From Camelus ferus (Eukaryota), in NCBI RefSeq assembly GCF_009834535.1, contig NC_045707.1, positions 52,764,001-52,828,000 on the forward strand: a DNA stretch of 64,000 nucleotides, in the 5' to 3' direction. Under the pieces are notes generated by a model. The model worked only from the letters and a program-made list of their open reading frames with translations, was not told where the DNA came from and did no database searches. Positions 26,700 through 40,259 of the stretch are shown one piece after another. Numbering within the stretch: the stretch's first letter is position 1; every line of letters begins with the position of its first letter. A program made the translations under genes and the position numbers.

Positions 26700-27665
26700 A
26701 CTATTAATGGTAAATATGTAGCTAAGTTCAGAATACTCTAATATTGTAATGGTGAGTAAATCTTACATAAAGTTTAAAAGACAAAGGTATTACAAATAGC
26801 TGTAACTATGCTAATTTGTTGATGGGTACACAATATAAAATGATGTAAATGGTGACATCAAAAACATAAAATGGGTGAGTGTAAAAATGTAGAGCTTTTT
26901 TGTTTGTTTGTTTTTGTTTTGAGGGAAGAAGTCATTAGGTTTATTTACTTTAATGGCAGTACTGGGGATGGAACCCAGGACCTCGTGCATGCCAAGCACG
27001 CGCTCTGCCCCTGAGCTGTGCCCTCCCCTCAGAATGTAGAGATTTTGTGTGCCATCAAAGTTAAGATCAGCTTAAAATAGACTGTTAAAAGCTATTTTAT
27101 GTAAGCCTCATAGTAGCTGCAAAGCAAAAACTTACAGTAGATACACAAGGAGAAAAAGTAAGAAATCAAAGCATGCCACATCGATGCTTTCAAATCACAA
27201 ATGAAAAGAGGGGAGAGGAAGAAAGGAACAGAAACAATTAGGAAACCGTCGAGGACGTGGAGAAAGAGAAGCCCGTACCCTGTTGGTGGGAGTGTAAACT
27301 GCGCAGCCTCCATGGAGAGCAACATGGAGGCCCCTCAAGAAATGAAAAACGGACCCCCCGGGGGACCCTGCACCCCACCAGGGATATGAGTCATGATCCC
27401 AGCGAGGTCTCTGTATCCCCATGTTCACTTCAGTACGACTCACAGAGTCCAAGCTACGTGAACAGCCTAAGTGTCTGTCGACAGATGAGCAGATAAAGGA
27501 AATGTGGTCTTTACATAAAATGGAACACTATTCATCCTTAAAAAAGAAAAAATCCTGTCAACCTTTGTGACAACATGGAAGAAACGGAAGGGCATTGTGC
27601 TAAGTGAAATAAGCCAGACAGGAAAACATCAATACTGCACAGTTATCACTTACATGTGAAATCTT

Positions 27666-27698
<33 letters not shown>

Positions 27699-28065
27699 GA
27701 AAAAGGAGTTGAACTCATAGAAACAGAGAGTAAATTGGTGGTGCCAAGGCAGGGGGTTAGGGAAGTACAGAGAGGCTGGTGGAAGGGCACACACGTTCAG
27801 TTATAAGATGAGTAAGTCCTAAGGCTTACACATTAGGCATAACACAGTGACTACAGTTGATAACACTGTATAGCTGAAATTTACTAAGAGAAGGGAACTT
27901 AAATGTTCTCACCAGTTTAACAAAACATACGTGTATGAGGTGACGGATACGTTAATTAACTTGCAGGTGGAAACCCTTTCACAATGCATACATGTATTAA
28001 ATAACCACATTGTGTACTTTAAATATATTATAATTTTGTCTATTATATTTCAATAAAGCTGAAAA
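26700..28065 (+). mobile_element. Older L1 (L1MA/MB-like), internally deleted, ending in a 3'UTR
   Basis: gagaaaagagaagcccgtaccctgttggtgggagtgtaaact..., gggcattgtgctaagtgaaataagccagac..., ending ttcaataaagctgaaaa. Confidence 0.85.
26896..27030 (-). mobile_element. tRNA-derived SINE (camelid vic-1-like) nested in L1
   Basis: Reverse complement of the 13053 family. AATGTAGAG TSD at 26886-26894 and 27033-27041. Confidence 0.9.
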
Positions 28066-28166
28066 GAATCCGGCTGTAATAGCTGTGCCCTCTTACCCAG
28101 TCTCAGCTTTCTGTCCTTCAGACCTTAAATGTGAGACTCAAGTCTCTGAATCCTGATCCTGTGGTA

Positions 28167-28328
28167 TTTTTTATTGAAATGTAGTCAGTTACAACATTGT
28201 GTCAATTTCTGGTGCACGGCATCATGTCTCAGTCACACATACACACACATATATTCATTTTCATGTTCTTTTCCATTATAAGTTATGACAAGATACTGAA
28301 TATAATTCCCTGTGCTGCACAGAAGAAC
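28167..28328 (-). mobile_element. 5'-truncated L1 3' tail
   Basis: Same 3'UTR family; flanks tcctgtggtattttt / tcctgtaatgttttc resemble a diverged TSD. Confidence 0.85.
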
Positions 28329-29029
28329 GTCCTGTAATGTTTTCAAAGGCCTGGGTGTGGAGAAGGTGGACGTGGAGGTTGGAAGGCTCCAAAAAATGTC
28401 ATTTTATCCTTCCCAAATCTTAACCTGTTTTCTCTTCTTACCTGGGTTCACCAGCAGAGGGCCCCCTGATACCTTTTTTCTTCTCCCCCCAACAAACAAA
28501 ACAATCTGAACACGTGGCCAGAAAAATTAGAATCCTCAAGATTATATCCTGTTGATCATCAACTTTAAAAGCAATTAGAGGTGCTTGTAAGGTCACGGTA
28601 TTTAATGTGAAGATTCTTGTAAATGAGGTTTCAGAATTAATATCAAAATGCTTGTTTTCAAAAAGGATCTGATTTCTTCACAGGCTAAGTTAACTCAAAA
28701 TTTAGTCTTCAGTCAAGTTGGGCAATCCAAGACCATTATTTTGTTAGAATTTTAGTGTAAATTAGTCAGTTAAATAATATTACTTGCTTCCAGCCTAGTT
28801 TTAATTAGTAAATTTGAGCTTTATAAATGCAGTGGGTTTTCATACTGTCTCTTTGGGGAGTAAACTGTTCTAAATCCATAAACTGCCTTATTTCCTGTAC
28901 TGGATTTTGTTCCTCAAAGCATTCAATGGTGATTAAGGACTTCACTTATCTAATTCATTTTCCCTGGGGAAACCTTGTGGTCTCAGAATGCTAATTTACT
29001 TAAAATTAAGTTCTGCGTTCTGTCTAACA

Positions 29030-29300
29030 CTGTGTCAAAGGCTATGTGACACTGTGCATTTGCCAAACCCACAGAACCGCACAACAGAGTGAGCCCCAGT
29101 GTGAATTATGGACTTTAGTTAACAATAACATACGGATGTCGGTTGCTCAGCTCTTAACAAACCCACCGCATTGAGGAGAGACAGTCACGGGGACACTGGG
29201 TGCCGGGAAGGGGGGTGTGGTAACCGTCTGTAGTACCTGCTCAATTTTTCTATAAACCTAATATGCTCTAAAAAGAAAAGTCTATTAATAGTTTTAAAGC
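29030..29300 (+). mobile_element. L1MC-like 3' end fragment
   Basis: catttgccaaacccacagaac...gtgaattatggactttagttaacaataa...ctcaattttttctataaacctaa. Confidence 0.7.
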
Positions 29301-29409
29301 AAAGAAAGGAGGAAATAGAATAAGATTTGAACACCCTCCCTGCAAGAGGAAGAGAGACCGTTTGGCCACACCTGCCCACACCTTGGGGACTTTTCAGTCT
29401 GCTGCTGGC

Positions 29410-29497
29410 TTTAGTCAGAGTTTCTGACTTAGAAGGTTACTGGGGAAGGGCGGTGCATGTAGAATTTGCATTTCTAACAAATTCTAAGGTGATGTTT
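29410..29497. mobile_element. MER5A-like DNA transposon fragment
   Basis: cagagtttctgacttag...agaatttgcatttctaacaaattctaaggtgatg. Confidence 0.6.
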
Positions 29498-30299
29498 CAA
29501 ATATGTCTAGGCAAAAGGGCCACCTCCAGAGACTCCTGCCGCAAGGAAGGATGAGGAAGACACAGACATCCCTGACTCTCAAGCCAGGCAGTCGCCGTGA
29601 CAGGAGGGGCCAGGCCTGTCATCAGGGAAGCCAAGACTGAAAACCAAACACCAGAGCTGACGAAGAACATCTCAGAAGCCACGTGGGGACCAGTGAGGCG
29701 AGGATCTGACTGTCTCCGGAGCAAGCAGGAAGCCTGGACACCTGGGACGGAGCTGCTTTCTGGGCAGATCGGAACCCAGACGGAGGGCGGGCTCCGCTCT
29801 CCCAGTTAGGACCAGGGGGACAGGAGCGTGACTGGGGGAGCAGTTCCTGGTGCCAGTTCCCATCATCCCTTGTCTTTCTCGACATCGCAGTTGTCACACA
29901 CGCTCACTCTTGCCCGTTTTTAGAGTCTGGAAAATTGAAAACAAATCCAGATATCAATTTCCTCTGATAGTATTTCCAGACTTCACTGAAATCAGACCTC
30001 TTCTCAGAAAGATGATTTCTGCCTTGTGCCAGGTTAATTTTGAAAAAAAAAAAAATCCAATAAATATAATCTGAGCTAAGAAACCCAATAAGCATCGTCT
30101 GTGCTGTTACCGTGCGTTGAGTCTCACAGCCGTTCACTCGGTAGGGCTTGGAGGTGACGTAAATTGTGCTGACTTCCAACTATAAGCTGTTCTTCAAAAA
30201 CAAACAAACAAACAAAAAAAAACGGATTGCAAGAAAATAGCTTTAAAGAGATATGTAGAGAGGTCTCCAAAGCTTTGTGCTTTCCATAACAACAAAAAT

Positions 30300-30480
30300 T
30301 CTTTATTGAGCTCCTATGGTATACTAAACTCTATACCAAAGGCTATGCATTTATTATCTCATTGAATCCTCGAAACTTCATATTTCAATTTTTTTTTCAT
30401 TATTTTGAAGTAAGATGAAGAAAGGAGGGCTCAAAGAGGTTATGTAACTTCCCCTAGGTCAAGGGATTAGTAAGGACCTG
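30300..30480 (-). mobile_element. MIR SINE
   Basis: tttattgagctcctatg...ttatctcattgaatcctc...gatgaagaaaggagggctcaaagaggttatgtaacttccc. Confidence 0.7.
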
Positions 30481-32789
30481 GGAAAGAGATCTTACGTGTG
30501 GAAGGACCTACTATGAGATTCTATGCATGAACAGGATCTTTGCGTGAGATATTGGATACCACTGATGCTGAGAGACATATTTAAGATCTGTCTTTTTACC
30601 GAGGATATTTTATCCACTGTGCGACTGGGCTGGGAGTACAGAACTGTCTGCCTGCTGCTCAGAAGTCGATCGAGGCCAGGGGCAGATGCAGACACGCAGC
30701 TTCCTGGGCGTTTCCCGCTTGACGCAGAGCGGGGTGGACCGCGAACTGGGGTGTTGCTGGGGTCACTCAGGGCCCCTCCTGAGCCGTCTCCGAGGGCCGC
30801 TGTTCATCAGGCTTGTTTGGGGTGCAGTTAAACTCACGAGAAGCTCTCCTGTGCGGTCAGCGGATCTCCTTCCTCGAGCTGCCGACCTCGGAACCTCGGC
30901 CCTCCCTCCAGCGCCGCCTGTCTCCCCTCAAGCGACGCCAGAGCTTGGCACACGCTTCGTAGGACGGGCCCGATGACGCGGGTCTCAGACGCCGTGGGCG
31001 GGGGGGCTCCGTTGCCGTTCTCAGCACTCACGCTTGCACGTGGAAGCAGCCGTAGCGAAGACACGAATCAGCGAGCGCAAGGGCTTCTGATAAAACCGTA
31101 TTTACCGGAGTGGATGCTCAGCTGGGCTGGGCTTGTAGGTTAACTCGCCAACCCCCAGTTCTAAACATACGTTAAAGGACCTGCAATGAATTCAGGCTTA
31201 TAAAACTCTTAGCACAAGGCCTGAAACACACTAAGTTCTGTACAAGTAAATAAAATAAAAACGTGAATATTTGCAACTTCCTAAGTACGCCCTCCTCTCT
31301 GCTCCGTGCTCGTGTGACCTCTTCCTGCAATTCTCTGTCGCCTTCTGTGCGGGGACTCCTTCCTAGATGCCGGCCTCCACCGCGGGGACACTTTCCCGGC
31401 TGCACGTCCCCAGATGACTGATGCCTGCCCAGTTACCTTGAGGGAACCTCGTGCCGCCCCTTTCGGGGCCCCAGACGCCGCCCTCCCCGCCCGGCTCGAG
31501 CTCCCCATGGACCACGGGGACTGTGTCCTCCGCCTGAATCCCTCAGTCTCCAACAGAAGATGCTTACAGAATCTTTTCATCACTAAACAATGAAAACCTT
31601 CAAATGGGTAAACTACAAGTTGTCCATAGGACTCCAATTGCTAAGCTCACAACCGAAACAAAAAGTTATAAATCCCTTCTCCCAATTTTCCCTCATTCGT
31701 CACAGACCTCGGGAGAAGGGCAACTCGACACGTTCATTAGGGAAGAACTCTGCTCCTTTGTTCCCCGCAAGCAGGCTCTACAGAAGGAAATGTTTCCAGC
31801 ACAGAAAGTAAAGTACCCCAGGAACGAAAAAACTATGAATATAATAAAGGTAAAGATTTTCAAAATAAAAAAGAAATCCCTGAGGAGTACTGTGAACGTA
31901 CACGGAGGTAGACGCCACACATATACAGTATGTGTGTGCCAAGCTTTGTCGAAGGCTTTCTGTCTTTTAGTTTTTCTCCATCTTAAAATAAGAAGTCATA
32001 CTTACGTATGATTACATTTACTGAACAGATGTAAGTGTGTGTGTGTGTGTGATGTGCTTGGTGTGGTAAGGATCAAAAACATTGATAAAAGGCGGGAGCT
32101 AAGACCATCTATCCGTAACAATAGGGCAAAGATGACTGTCTTCTTTCTTCTACGGTCCAGCTTTGCTCCCCCTTTATTTTGTTGACCAAATACCCTATTT
32201 TCCGCAGGACAACCACCTGGTTGCCACTGCTTTGCTGGGCCCCCTCGTCTTGCTGGGCCCATCCGCCGTGAGACCCGCCCCTTTCTACCCGAGTGCCGGT
32301 GCACGACCCCAGCCGGCTCAATCAGACGCTCCCTCCAGAGCTTTCACACTTAATGAGCTGACACACGCTGGGGAATGACTGGCCTTGAGGACCTCCCGGC
32401 AGCGCCATGCACGTGCTCACCCTTCATTCTTGTTCCCCATCTAACCAGGGCTATCCGACTCTTCCTTCCCCTTGATGCTATGACCGCCTTAAATCTCTTC
32501 TTTGGGGCCGAAGTGAGAAGCAGATTGAGTGGCCCATAACCAGAGCACCCTAACTGACACAGTAAGGGAAGTGAGAGAAAATGGCTTAAGAACACGGAAG
32601 AGAGTTATTTTTGGTTTCAAAGGATTAGAAAAGACTCCACGGATAAGTTGGCATTTTAGTTAATCCCTGAAAAATAGCCAGGATTTGGACATGAAAAAAA
32701 TCGAAGAAAAGGGTGTCTTAAGTAGGATAACTGTGTGAACAAAGATATGTAGGCAAGACGTTTTAGGAGATTACAGAAGACAGCAATCC

Positions 32790-32990
32790 GTTCTCGGTAT
32801 CTGAGAGCTGAGTTTCTGTCTGTTTGCCTTGCTTTTTAGATTCCACGTGTGGGTGAAGTCGCACCGTGGTTGTCTTTGTGTCTGACTTATGCCACTTGGC
32901 ATAACGCCGTTCAGGGTCCAACCATGTTGTTACAAATGGCAAATCCATTGTTTTTTATGGCTGAGAGAATTCCATTATATCCACATGTGT
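32790..32990 (-). mobile_element. L1 fragment (ORF2 end / 3'UTR)
   Basis: Minus-strand peptide LPFVTTWLDPE resembles the L1 ORF2 C-terminus; ttttagattccac motif. Confidence 0.7.
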
Positions 32991-35874
32991 TTATGGGTTT
33001 CCTGGCTTTAAAGACATGTTTCTGGACTGCAGAGTAGACAAAGAAGGCTGAAGACTGGATTTAAGTGTGGTTCCGGGGTGACACTGTCGTGGAAATCATC
33101 TCTGCCTCCCAGCTTCCAGGACCACCTGCAGCCGTAGGTCCGCCTCTGGACAGCGGGGTCATTCTGGGCGTCACCAGCCCAGTGCACTGGGAGAGGCTCT
33201 GGCTAATAAGGACAGAAGAACGCATCTTGGAAAGACTGACTCTGGTCTGCAACTCCTCATTCATCTTAAGCATTGATGGGTCAAGAGAAAATCACCTGGC
33301 CTCCTGGGACCTGTGTTCCCTGAGACACCTCCTTGTCTTCAGTGACCCGGGACTCCTCCAAGCACACGCCTCTGGCAGCGGCTTCTGAGTCAGGCTCCTC
33401 TGGACCAAGCCCCTGCCAGCATCCCATCTGCAGCCCCCTCTCCAGCACGCAGGCTGGTGTGTCAGTTCTCTGGAAAACCCACCACCACAAACCCTTTTTA
33501 CCCCCGCAGGCTTTGAATGAATCTTTGTCTGCACTCACAGCCGTTTACATGCATCAGGGTTTCAGTCCTTGAGCCTCAGTGGGATTTTTGACTGTTTGAG
33601 AGTATTTGTCTGGGATGTTACTCAAGCCACCGCCCATCTGGGGATTTCCGAAGCTCCTGCTACCCTGGTTAGTCTTGGCTGGAGGACTCAACTGAGAGAG
33701 AGGTCCTTTCCCCAAGGCCACAAGTGGAGACCAGCTCCTCATCTGCACTGGAAGGCCTGGTGTCACTTTGTCTTCACCCAGCACTGGTGTAGTCCCACTG
33801 TTTCTAGAAATCTCTTTTAAGCATTTTGGGGAAAAAATTGTACAGATGAACACACAGGCTAACCTGGTGGGTGTAATCTCAGAGCTCCCGTGGTCACTCC
33901 ATTAATCAAAGTATCACTTGCTGAGCGGTTCTCTGCTGTCAGTGCTAGGAAGACAGCAGTGCTCCCTGCAGGGCAGCGCTGTGTCCCGGGCACCAGTGAA
34001 AGCAGGCTGAAGCTGGAAGTAAACTGAAGGCTATCTCTTTCTCATCGTGTGTTAATTTAGTGCAGGTTTGCTCAAAAGCCTTTCTGTTTAAATCAGTCCA
34101 TTAGGTTTTCTGTTAGGGAAAGGCTCTGCAATTCCTTCTTGATGTCAAAGCCTCTCCCACCAAGATGATGCTTCGCTGGTCCCACTCAGCACGTGTTTAG
34201 ATAAGGACCCGGTTGTGAGTAACAGCAAAGAGCAAGGCTGCTCATCAGCCAAGGAGCCCGGGGCCAGTCCTGAAACACCTTTCAGATGCTGGATGCTCTG
34301 CGTGTGTCTTTACTATTCTGCAGTCAGCCAGTGCTGAGAATAACACTTTGTTACATTCCTACCCCACCTACGACAGGGGTGCAGGGGGAAATCGAGTCTC
34401 TGATTTCAGATTCCAAAAGGATGTTTCACCAATTTAGTGCCCATCCATTAAAATATTCTCCTGCATTTCTGATATGAAATTCCTGTTAGACAATAATGTG
34501 AATACATTACCAAGATATTTATTCAGAGACTGATTTTTATTGGGAAATTACATGAGACTAAAAACTTTCAAAGAATAAGTGGCTTTATGACTCTAGCTCA
34601 TTTAGAAATGTGTCACGTTTCTAAAACACTCCAGTACATAAATTCAGCTACCAAAGTCATGATCTAATTCATGCTATAGCATTTTTTTAATTTGCAAAAA
34701 CAAAGAAAATTTCTCTTTTCTAAACAGTATCCAGTATCTCAAAACATGTTGATACATCTGAAGTCTAGTAGATTTTTGATAAAAGATAAAGATGAAGAGT
34801 TTGAATGGGGTCCATCACTGACAGTCCTCAACACTGAGCAAGTTTCTTCTGCGGACTCTGTTCTTGCCAGGAGAAAAATTCTCCCATCCACGGCCAGAGT
34901 GGACCCCTGGGAAGGCAGGGAGAAGCTTAATTCCAGTGCCATCATGCCACTGACCATTCTGGTTCACAAGCAACAATATTTTATCATCACCGGCCACGTA
35001 CGCCTGGATCCTCGTGAGTCCACATCACACCAGAGCAGTCACTAGAGGGAAGATGTCAACACGTAGACTCTAACAGGGAGCAGCTTCATTGCCTTCCTTT
35101 GCTGCTTTTCCAATAAAATGAAGACTTCTGCAAGTGCTCAGAAGGCAGTTCCTGAAGAAAGACTTCAGTTGATGCCCACCTGGTCTTCTAAAAAGTGATG
35201 AACATGTTTCAGAACAAGGTCATAAACTGTTCAGGAATCAAATGGAAGATAGTAGGAAGAGGTGGAAATTTTCAGTAACTGTATTATGGCATCTCGTGGA
35301 AAAGATGGACAGAAGATTGTGGTTTCTCTTTTTGTAGCATAGACCAACGTTTCCCAAAGAGTCATTGGAGAAACGCCAGTTTCTTAAAATGCTCTCCAAA
35401 AAAAAATATTAAAACATGACATTGCATCACATGCTTAGGAAATGCCCTCTCACCCTCACATTAGCGTAGCCAGGGCTCTCAGATATCCCTCCTTAAAGAA
35501 ATCCCTGCAGACGTCTGGACCAGCAGTTCCCAAACGTGGCCGTGGGTCTGCTTTTTCTCATAATAATAGATCAGTTTGAAGGAAACTGGCATCAGCCTTC
35601 ACTTTCCTTCTCATCCTCAAGCTCAGCAGATGGACATCTATGAGCCCTATTTCTTTTTACTGTACTTTATTTATTTCTTCTTATTATTATCTATTTGCTA
35701 TTAATTAGATGTTGTTCTGTAAGAGGACTCAGTATGGTCACATTCTACATGATGTGTTTATCTGAGACGAACTTGTATTTCCCTGTGAGGCTGTCTGGAA
35801 AGTTACATCTCTGAAGAGGACAGGGGGTCCCCCCCCCCCCGCCAACCCCCGTGTGTTCAAAGACTCTATCAGGA

Positions 35875-36085
35875 CAGAGAGCATGGACTTTGGAGTCATG
35901 GAGAATTGCATGTGAATCCTGGCTCCACCAGACACTTACCAGCTGTGTGATTTCAGGCAAATTACTTACTTTCCAGAGGGTCTCGTCTGCCTCATCGGCA
36001 ACATGGGAACAATGATCCTATTCCACGTTGCTTTGGGAAGGGCGAAAGAATTCCTGGATGTAAGGCAACTGGTACATAGTAAATT
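35875..36085 (+). mobile_element. MIR SINE
   Basis: agagcatggactttggagtca...tgaatcctggctccacc...acttaccagctgtgtgatttcaggcaaattactt...ggtacatagtaaa. Confidence 0.8.
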
Positions 36086-39000
36086 TTTTCTCCTCGTTCT
36101 GTCTCCCCTCCTGTCCTAGGTGTGAGGACCCATGGCTGGTGAGCTCAGTGCACGAGCTCGTTCACATCACGTGGGAACCAGGCCATCACCCACCCCAGCA
36201 GCAATGACCACAAAACGATATACGTGGATATTCAAGAATATATTGAGCCTTAAGTGGGGCTTGAATATATTCAGTTACTCAAGGAAGGAAGAATACATTC
36301 ATTAAGGGGCATTGTCTTTGAGCGCTGGTTTATCTCTCAGACTTTTCTGTGATCTTTTATTCACGTGATACTTTTAGCTCATTACCCAGACATCCAATAA
36401 TAACTTAATTAATATTACTATGAAGGGAAAATAATTTATAGGTGAAACTGGGTATAAAAAAAAATTATTTGCAAAGATCACTGGCCTGGAGAGGGTACAA
36501 AGGAGCCGTTTCCTGGCATGCTGAGAGGCCGTCCAGGGAAAAGATTTTACACAAGGAACGAGGAAATCTTTATAAGACTTTTAATATTTGCCAGCTTCAG
36601 GCATGAGAAGTAATGTTTGAATCATATTATTTTGGGAATTAGTAACGTGATCTGCATTCTAAGGAAGAAAAGGCTGTCGGCAGCCAAAAGCAATCCAGTT
36701 ACAGGGCTTGTTCCCTTCAGGGGCAGAGAGGACACCAGATTAAACGTTTGCTTTGCTCGCATGATCCTAAATTATCACAACTGTTTTGCTTTAGTCCTTT
36801 TCAAACAGAAATCGCTTTCAGAGAAGAAAGGAAACAGGAGTGCGGCTGTCTGCAGGGAAGGCACGTTTCTGCGGGCTTTCCCAAGAATTTCTCTGTCCAG
36901 CTTCCACCATCGTTACCCACCAGCAAGCCTGGAAACCAAGCCTCAGGATTTCTCTTCATCCCTGCTCTGCATCTTCCTCAGGGACAGTCTCTGGCCTCAA
37001 CCTCGACCCCAAGCCTCACTGCCAGGATGACCGAGCTCTCAGCAGAGCAGTCACTTAGGGCTTTAACCAGAGGGGCATCCGCTGAAGCCACCACCACTGT
37101 GACTTATAGACCGGTTCTTCTCCTGCGAGCGCTTCCAGGCGCGGGATTAAGAAATAAAGCCGGTCACTCCGTGCCTCCCCGGGGCGGACGATGGAACTGC
37201 TGGAGGTGACTGATGGCAGAGCCTGCATGGGATTATGGATGTCACAATTCTTTTCTTTCTTTCCCAAACAATATTATAAATCCATTCAAGTCACGACAGA
37301 TGACCGACTTCCCTCTGATGGGGTTTTTCCTTTCCTCTAGGTATTCTCTTGTAATTCTGGCCAGGAGTTATTTTTTCTCAATAGAAGTCACCTTATCCTC
37401 CTCAACAAATCAGTTATCACTTTTTTTTTCGCCATGTACTGTTAATAAGTGTGGAAAATCTGTTTGCAGACTGAAATGGAGAGTATCTTTGAAGATGTGA
37501 GTTTTGATGTTGGACACCATCTAAAGATTAGTATGTATTTGGACTAACAATGATGTGCTCTGGTTTAGAAGGTGATCATGAGACACACAATAAAAAGAGG
37601 TACATTTTAAAGGATACAAAATGAATTAGGAAGCTGTTATTAAGGCTTTCCTTTGTGTTTGCCTAGATCACGCACCCCCTTATAACATCACGCCAGGATT
37701 TAATTCCCCAGATGTAATGACCTACCTCGAAGAAGTGCAGAAACGGAAAGGACAGGCAAATGGGGTGAGATTCAGGCTCCCTCGGCCTGAGCCATGGATC
37801 AATCACATCTAATAAGTGAAAGACTCCGGTTCCTGTCTTGTTTACTTTTGCAAAATAAAATACTGTTCTTTCTGTAATAATGCCCTATTTCTTTTTCTTT
37901 GAAATACTTAAGTAGAAAAAAAAAAAAAAAAAAAGAAACACAGTTACAAGCACTGGGCGAGGACCAGGAGCGCACAGCTAACAGATGGTCCTGTAGATCG
38001 TGTGTCACTGGGCGTGCAGTGTGAGCTCAGGGTCAGGAGGGAGACACGGACAATGATACATCTCTTGCTTTGCTTCCTCTCAATACCAGCATGGTGTTAG
38101 GCAGGGCCTGCTCCCAGAGCTGCAGTTCCCACAGCTGTGTGATTACATGCGTCTTCAAATAAAATTCGACTTTCGTTAATCAATTTTCATGTCAAATGCA
38201 AAAAAAAAAGTAAAAAGCTATCACGCACGTAGGCCTGGCATATGGTTGGCGATCAATATACTTTTGATGAAAGAATGAAAGGATTATTTTCTTATGCTTA
38301 GCAAGACAGCATACGTGCATGTAACACATCTGTAACTAAAGCTAGCAGGAATGTGTAGCTGGATCTGCTTATGTGACAATCTAAAAGCCATTAATTATAG
38401 ACTTCCTGCAGCTAAAAATTTCAACCTGAATAGAAATTTTAAAATACCTGCAGTAAAGAAATACGTGGAAATTATAGGTCAAATTCCTTTACTATTTTAT
38501 TTGGACCAAAGCTGAATACTTTACCTACAGAATAAATCTTCTTTTAATAACCCAGGATGTCTCTAAGACTATTTTGCACTAGGAGCACAGCCAGAATGTT
38601 ATCCTTCATGAAATTTGGAAATCTTCTATCTGTTAATTTATTTCTTCAGAGTTAATCAGTAATACAAAGAATTCCAGTGTTCATTTGTTTTGATTTTTAT
38701 ATCAAATATCTGCTAAACCCCCACACCTATTATGTGGTCGGATCGTGGGTTGAGAGCAGCAGGGGTAACATTCATTTTCATCTTCTTCCTCTCTGAGCAG
38801 TAATGCCAGGAGCACTTACTGACAGAGTGTGTCACATTCGCCATGAACAGAGCAAACAGACCACAGTCATCCATTACCATATGCAGACTTGACGCCCGTC
38901 CAGACGATCCTCACTGTGACGGAGGAATGATTAATGCCTCACTGTTACAAATTAGAGAAGACTCACCAAATGGCCCATTGCCTTCTCATCCACAGCCTTT

Positions 39001-40075
39001 CTGTAAAATTGAATTAAACGCAGTGCTAATGCTTGCAGAGTTATTAGTCTTTAAAACAGCAAGATAATTACTAGCAAAAAATCAGCGAAGAGACCTGAGG
39101 TATATATGTAGGTTCCAGTTTTTGTGATGCGCATCCCCTAGAAATCTAGGGTTCCACCGTCTTCTGCATGATAGTCCCCACAAGGTAGCTTGTATGTCTC
39201 AGGTGACATTGGGCTGCTCAGAGATGCTGGGAACAGTGGCGACTGTCTCCCACGGTTACAGGGCAGGGCTTCGCATCTGCTGATCAAAGCTGGCCTCTTC
39301 ACTGCAAAATTGCATTTCTCCAAACAGTAAACTGGTCTCTGTCCAGACACAGGAGTGAAGGATGAGGAAATGGCTTATCTTTCTTTCTTTTCACTTTTAA
39401 GCAGCAATAGCAATAGTAGTAGATTATGTGAATAGGAGGTTAAAAAAAAAACCTAAGGTTCATTCCCAATTATTTATCTTAACTACATTTTAATTTCCTT
39501 AAATGCATAAAATATTTTCTATGCACTTAGTACAGAACCCTTTGTCTTACGAAAGAAAAATACACAGAATTTAAGGCTGGCCCTGGTAACGCAATCTTGT
39601 TTTGTCACAAACTATGATAATAAAATCCTGAAACTCCCTAGTGGTTCAAGTGTGCTGGAATTGAACAATTAAGCAAGTAGAGGAAGATGATGGGAAGCAG
39701 GTGTCTCACTGCTGGAGTGGGAGGTTACCGGGAAGCCGGGAGGAGGCTGGCAGGGCCCCTGGGGCCGGGGGCTGGGGTGGGAGCAGCAGTATGGACTCGG
39801 GTTTCAACAGAGGCACAGACAGGTGTACAGATACAGAAGGACACGGGGAGACGATTTATAGACATGTTCGTACAAAGTGCTTGGTATTCACACATATTTC
39901 CAAACTCTTTTATCTGGGAGGAACTAGAAGAAATGATATTCCAGAAGCAATGAGCTCACATTCTCTGTAAAATGAACTAGAGTTCTTTGGCAAAATGGCT
40001 TATTCTGCAGCAGGGACAGGGGACACACAGAATGACCCTGGAATGCCCTGTAGTGACAGAAGGTAAAGAGACGCT

Positions 40076-40195
40076 AACACACACGCACAAACACGACACA
40101 CAAACAGACACACAATCACACACACAAACACAAACATACATACACACGCACACACAAACACACACACAAACACATGCACACACAAACACACACAA
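40076..40195. repeat. Degenerate CA-rich repeat
   Basis: Directly visible. Confidence 0.9.
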
Positions 40196-40259
40196 TGGTA
40201 GACGTCACAGGGACACGGAAGACAGCTGTCAAGCTCCTAAGTCCAGCGCGGGAACAATT

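Noticed and set aside
28451..28464. CTCF-like motif CCAGCAGAGGGCCC
   Set aside because: Imperfect match; such hits are common by chance and cannot be supported without ChIP or conservation data.
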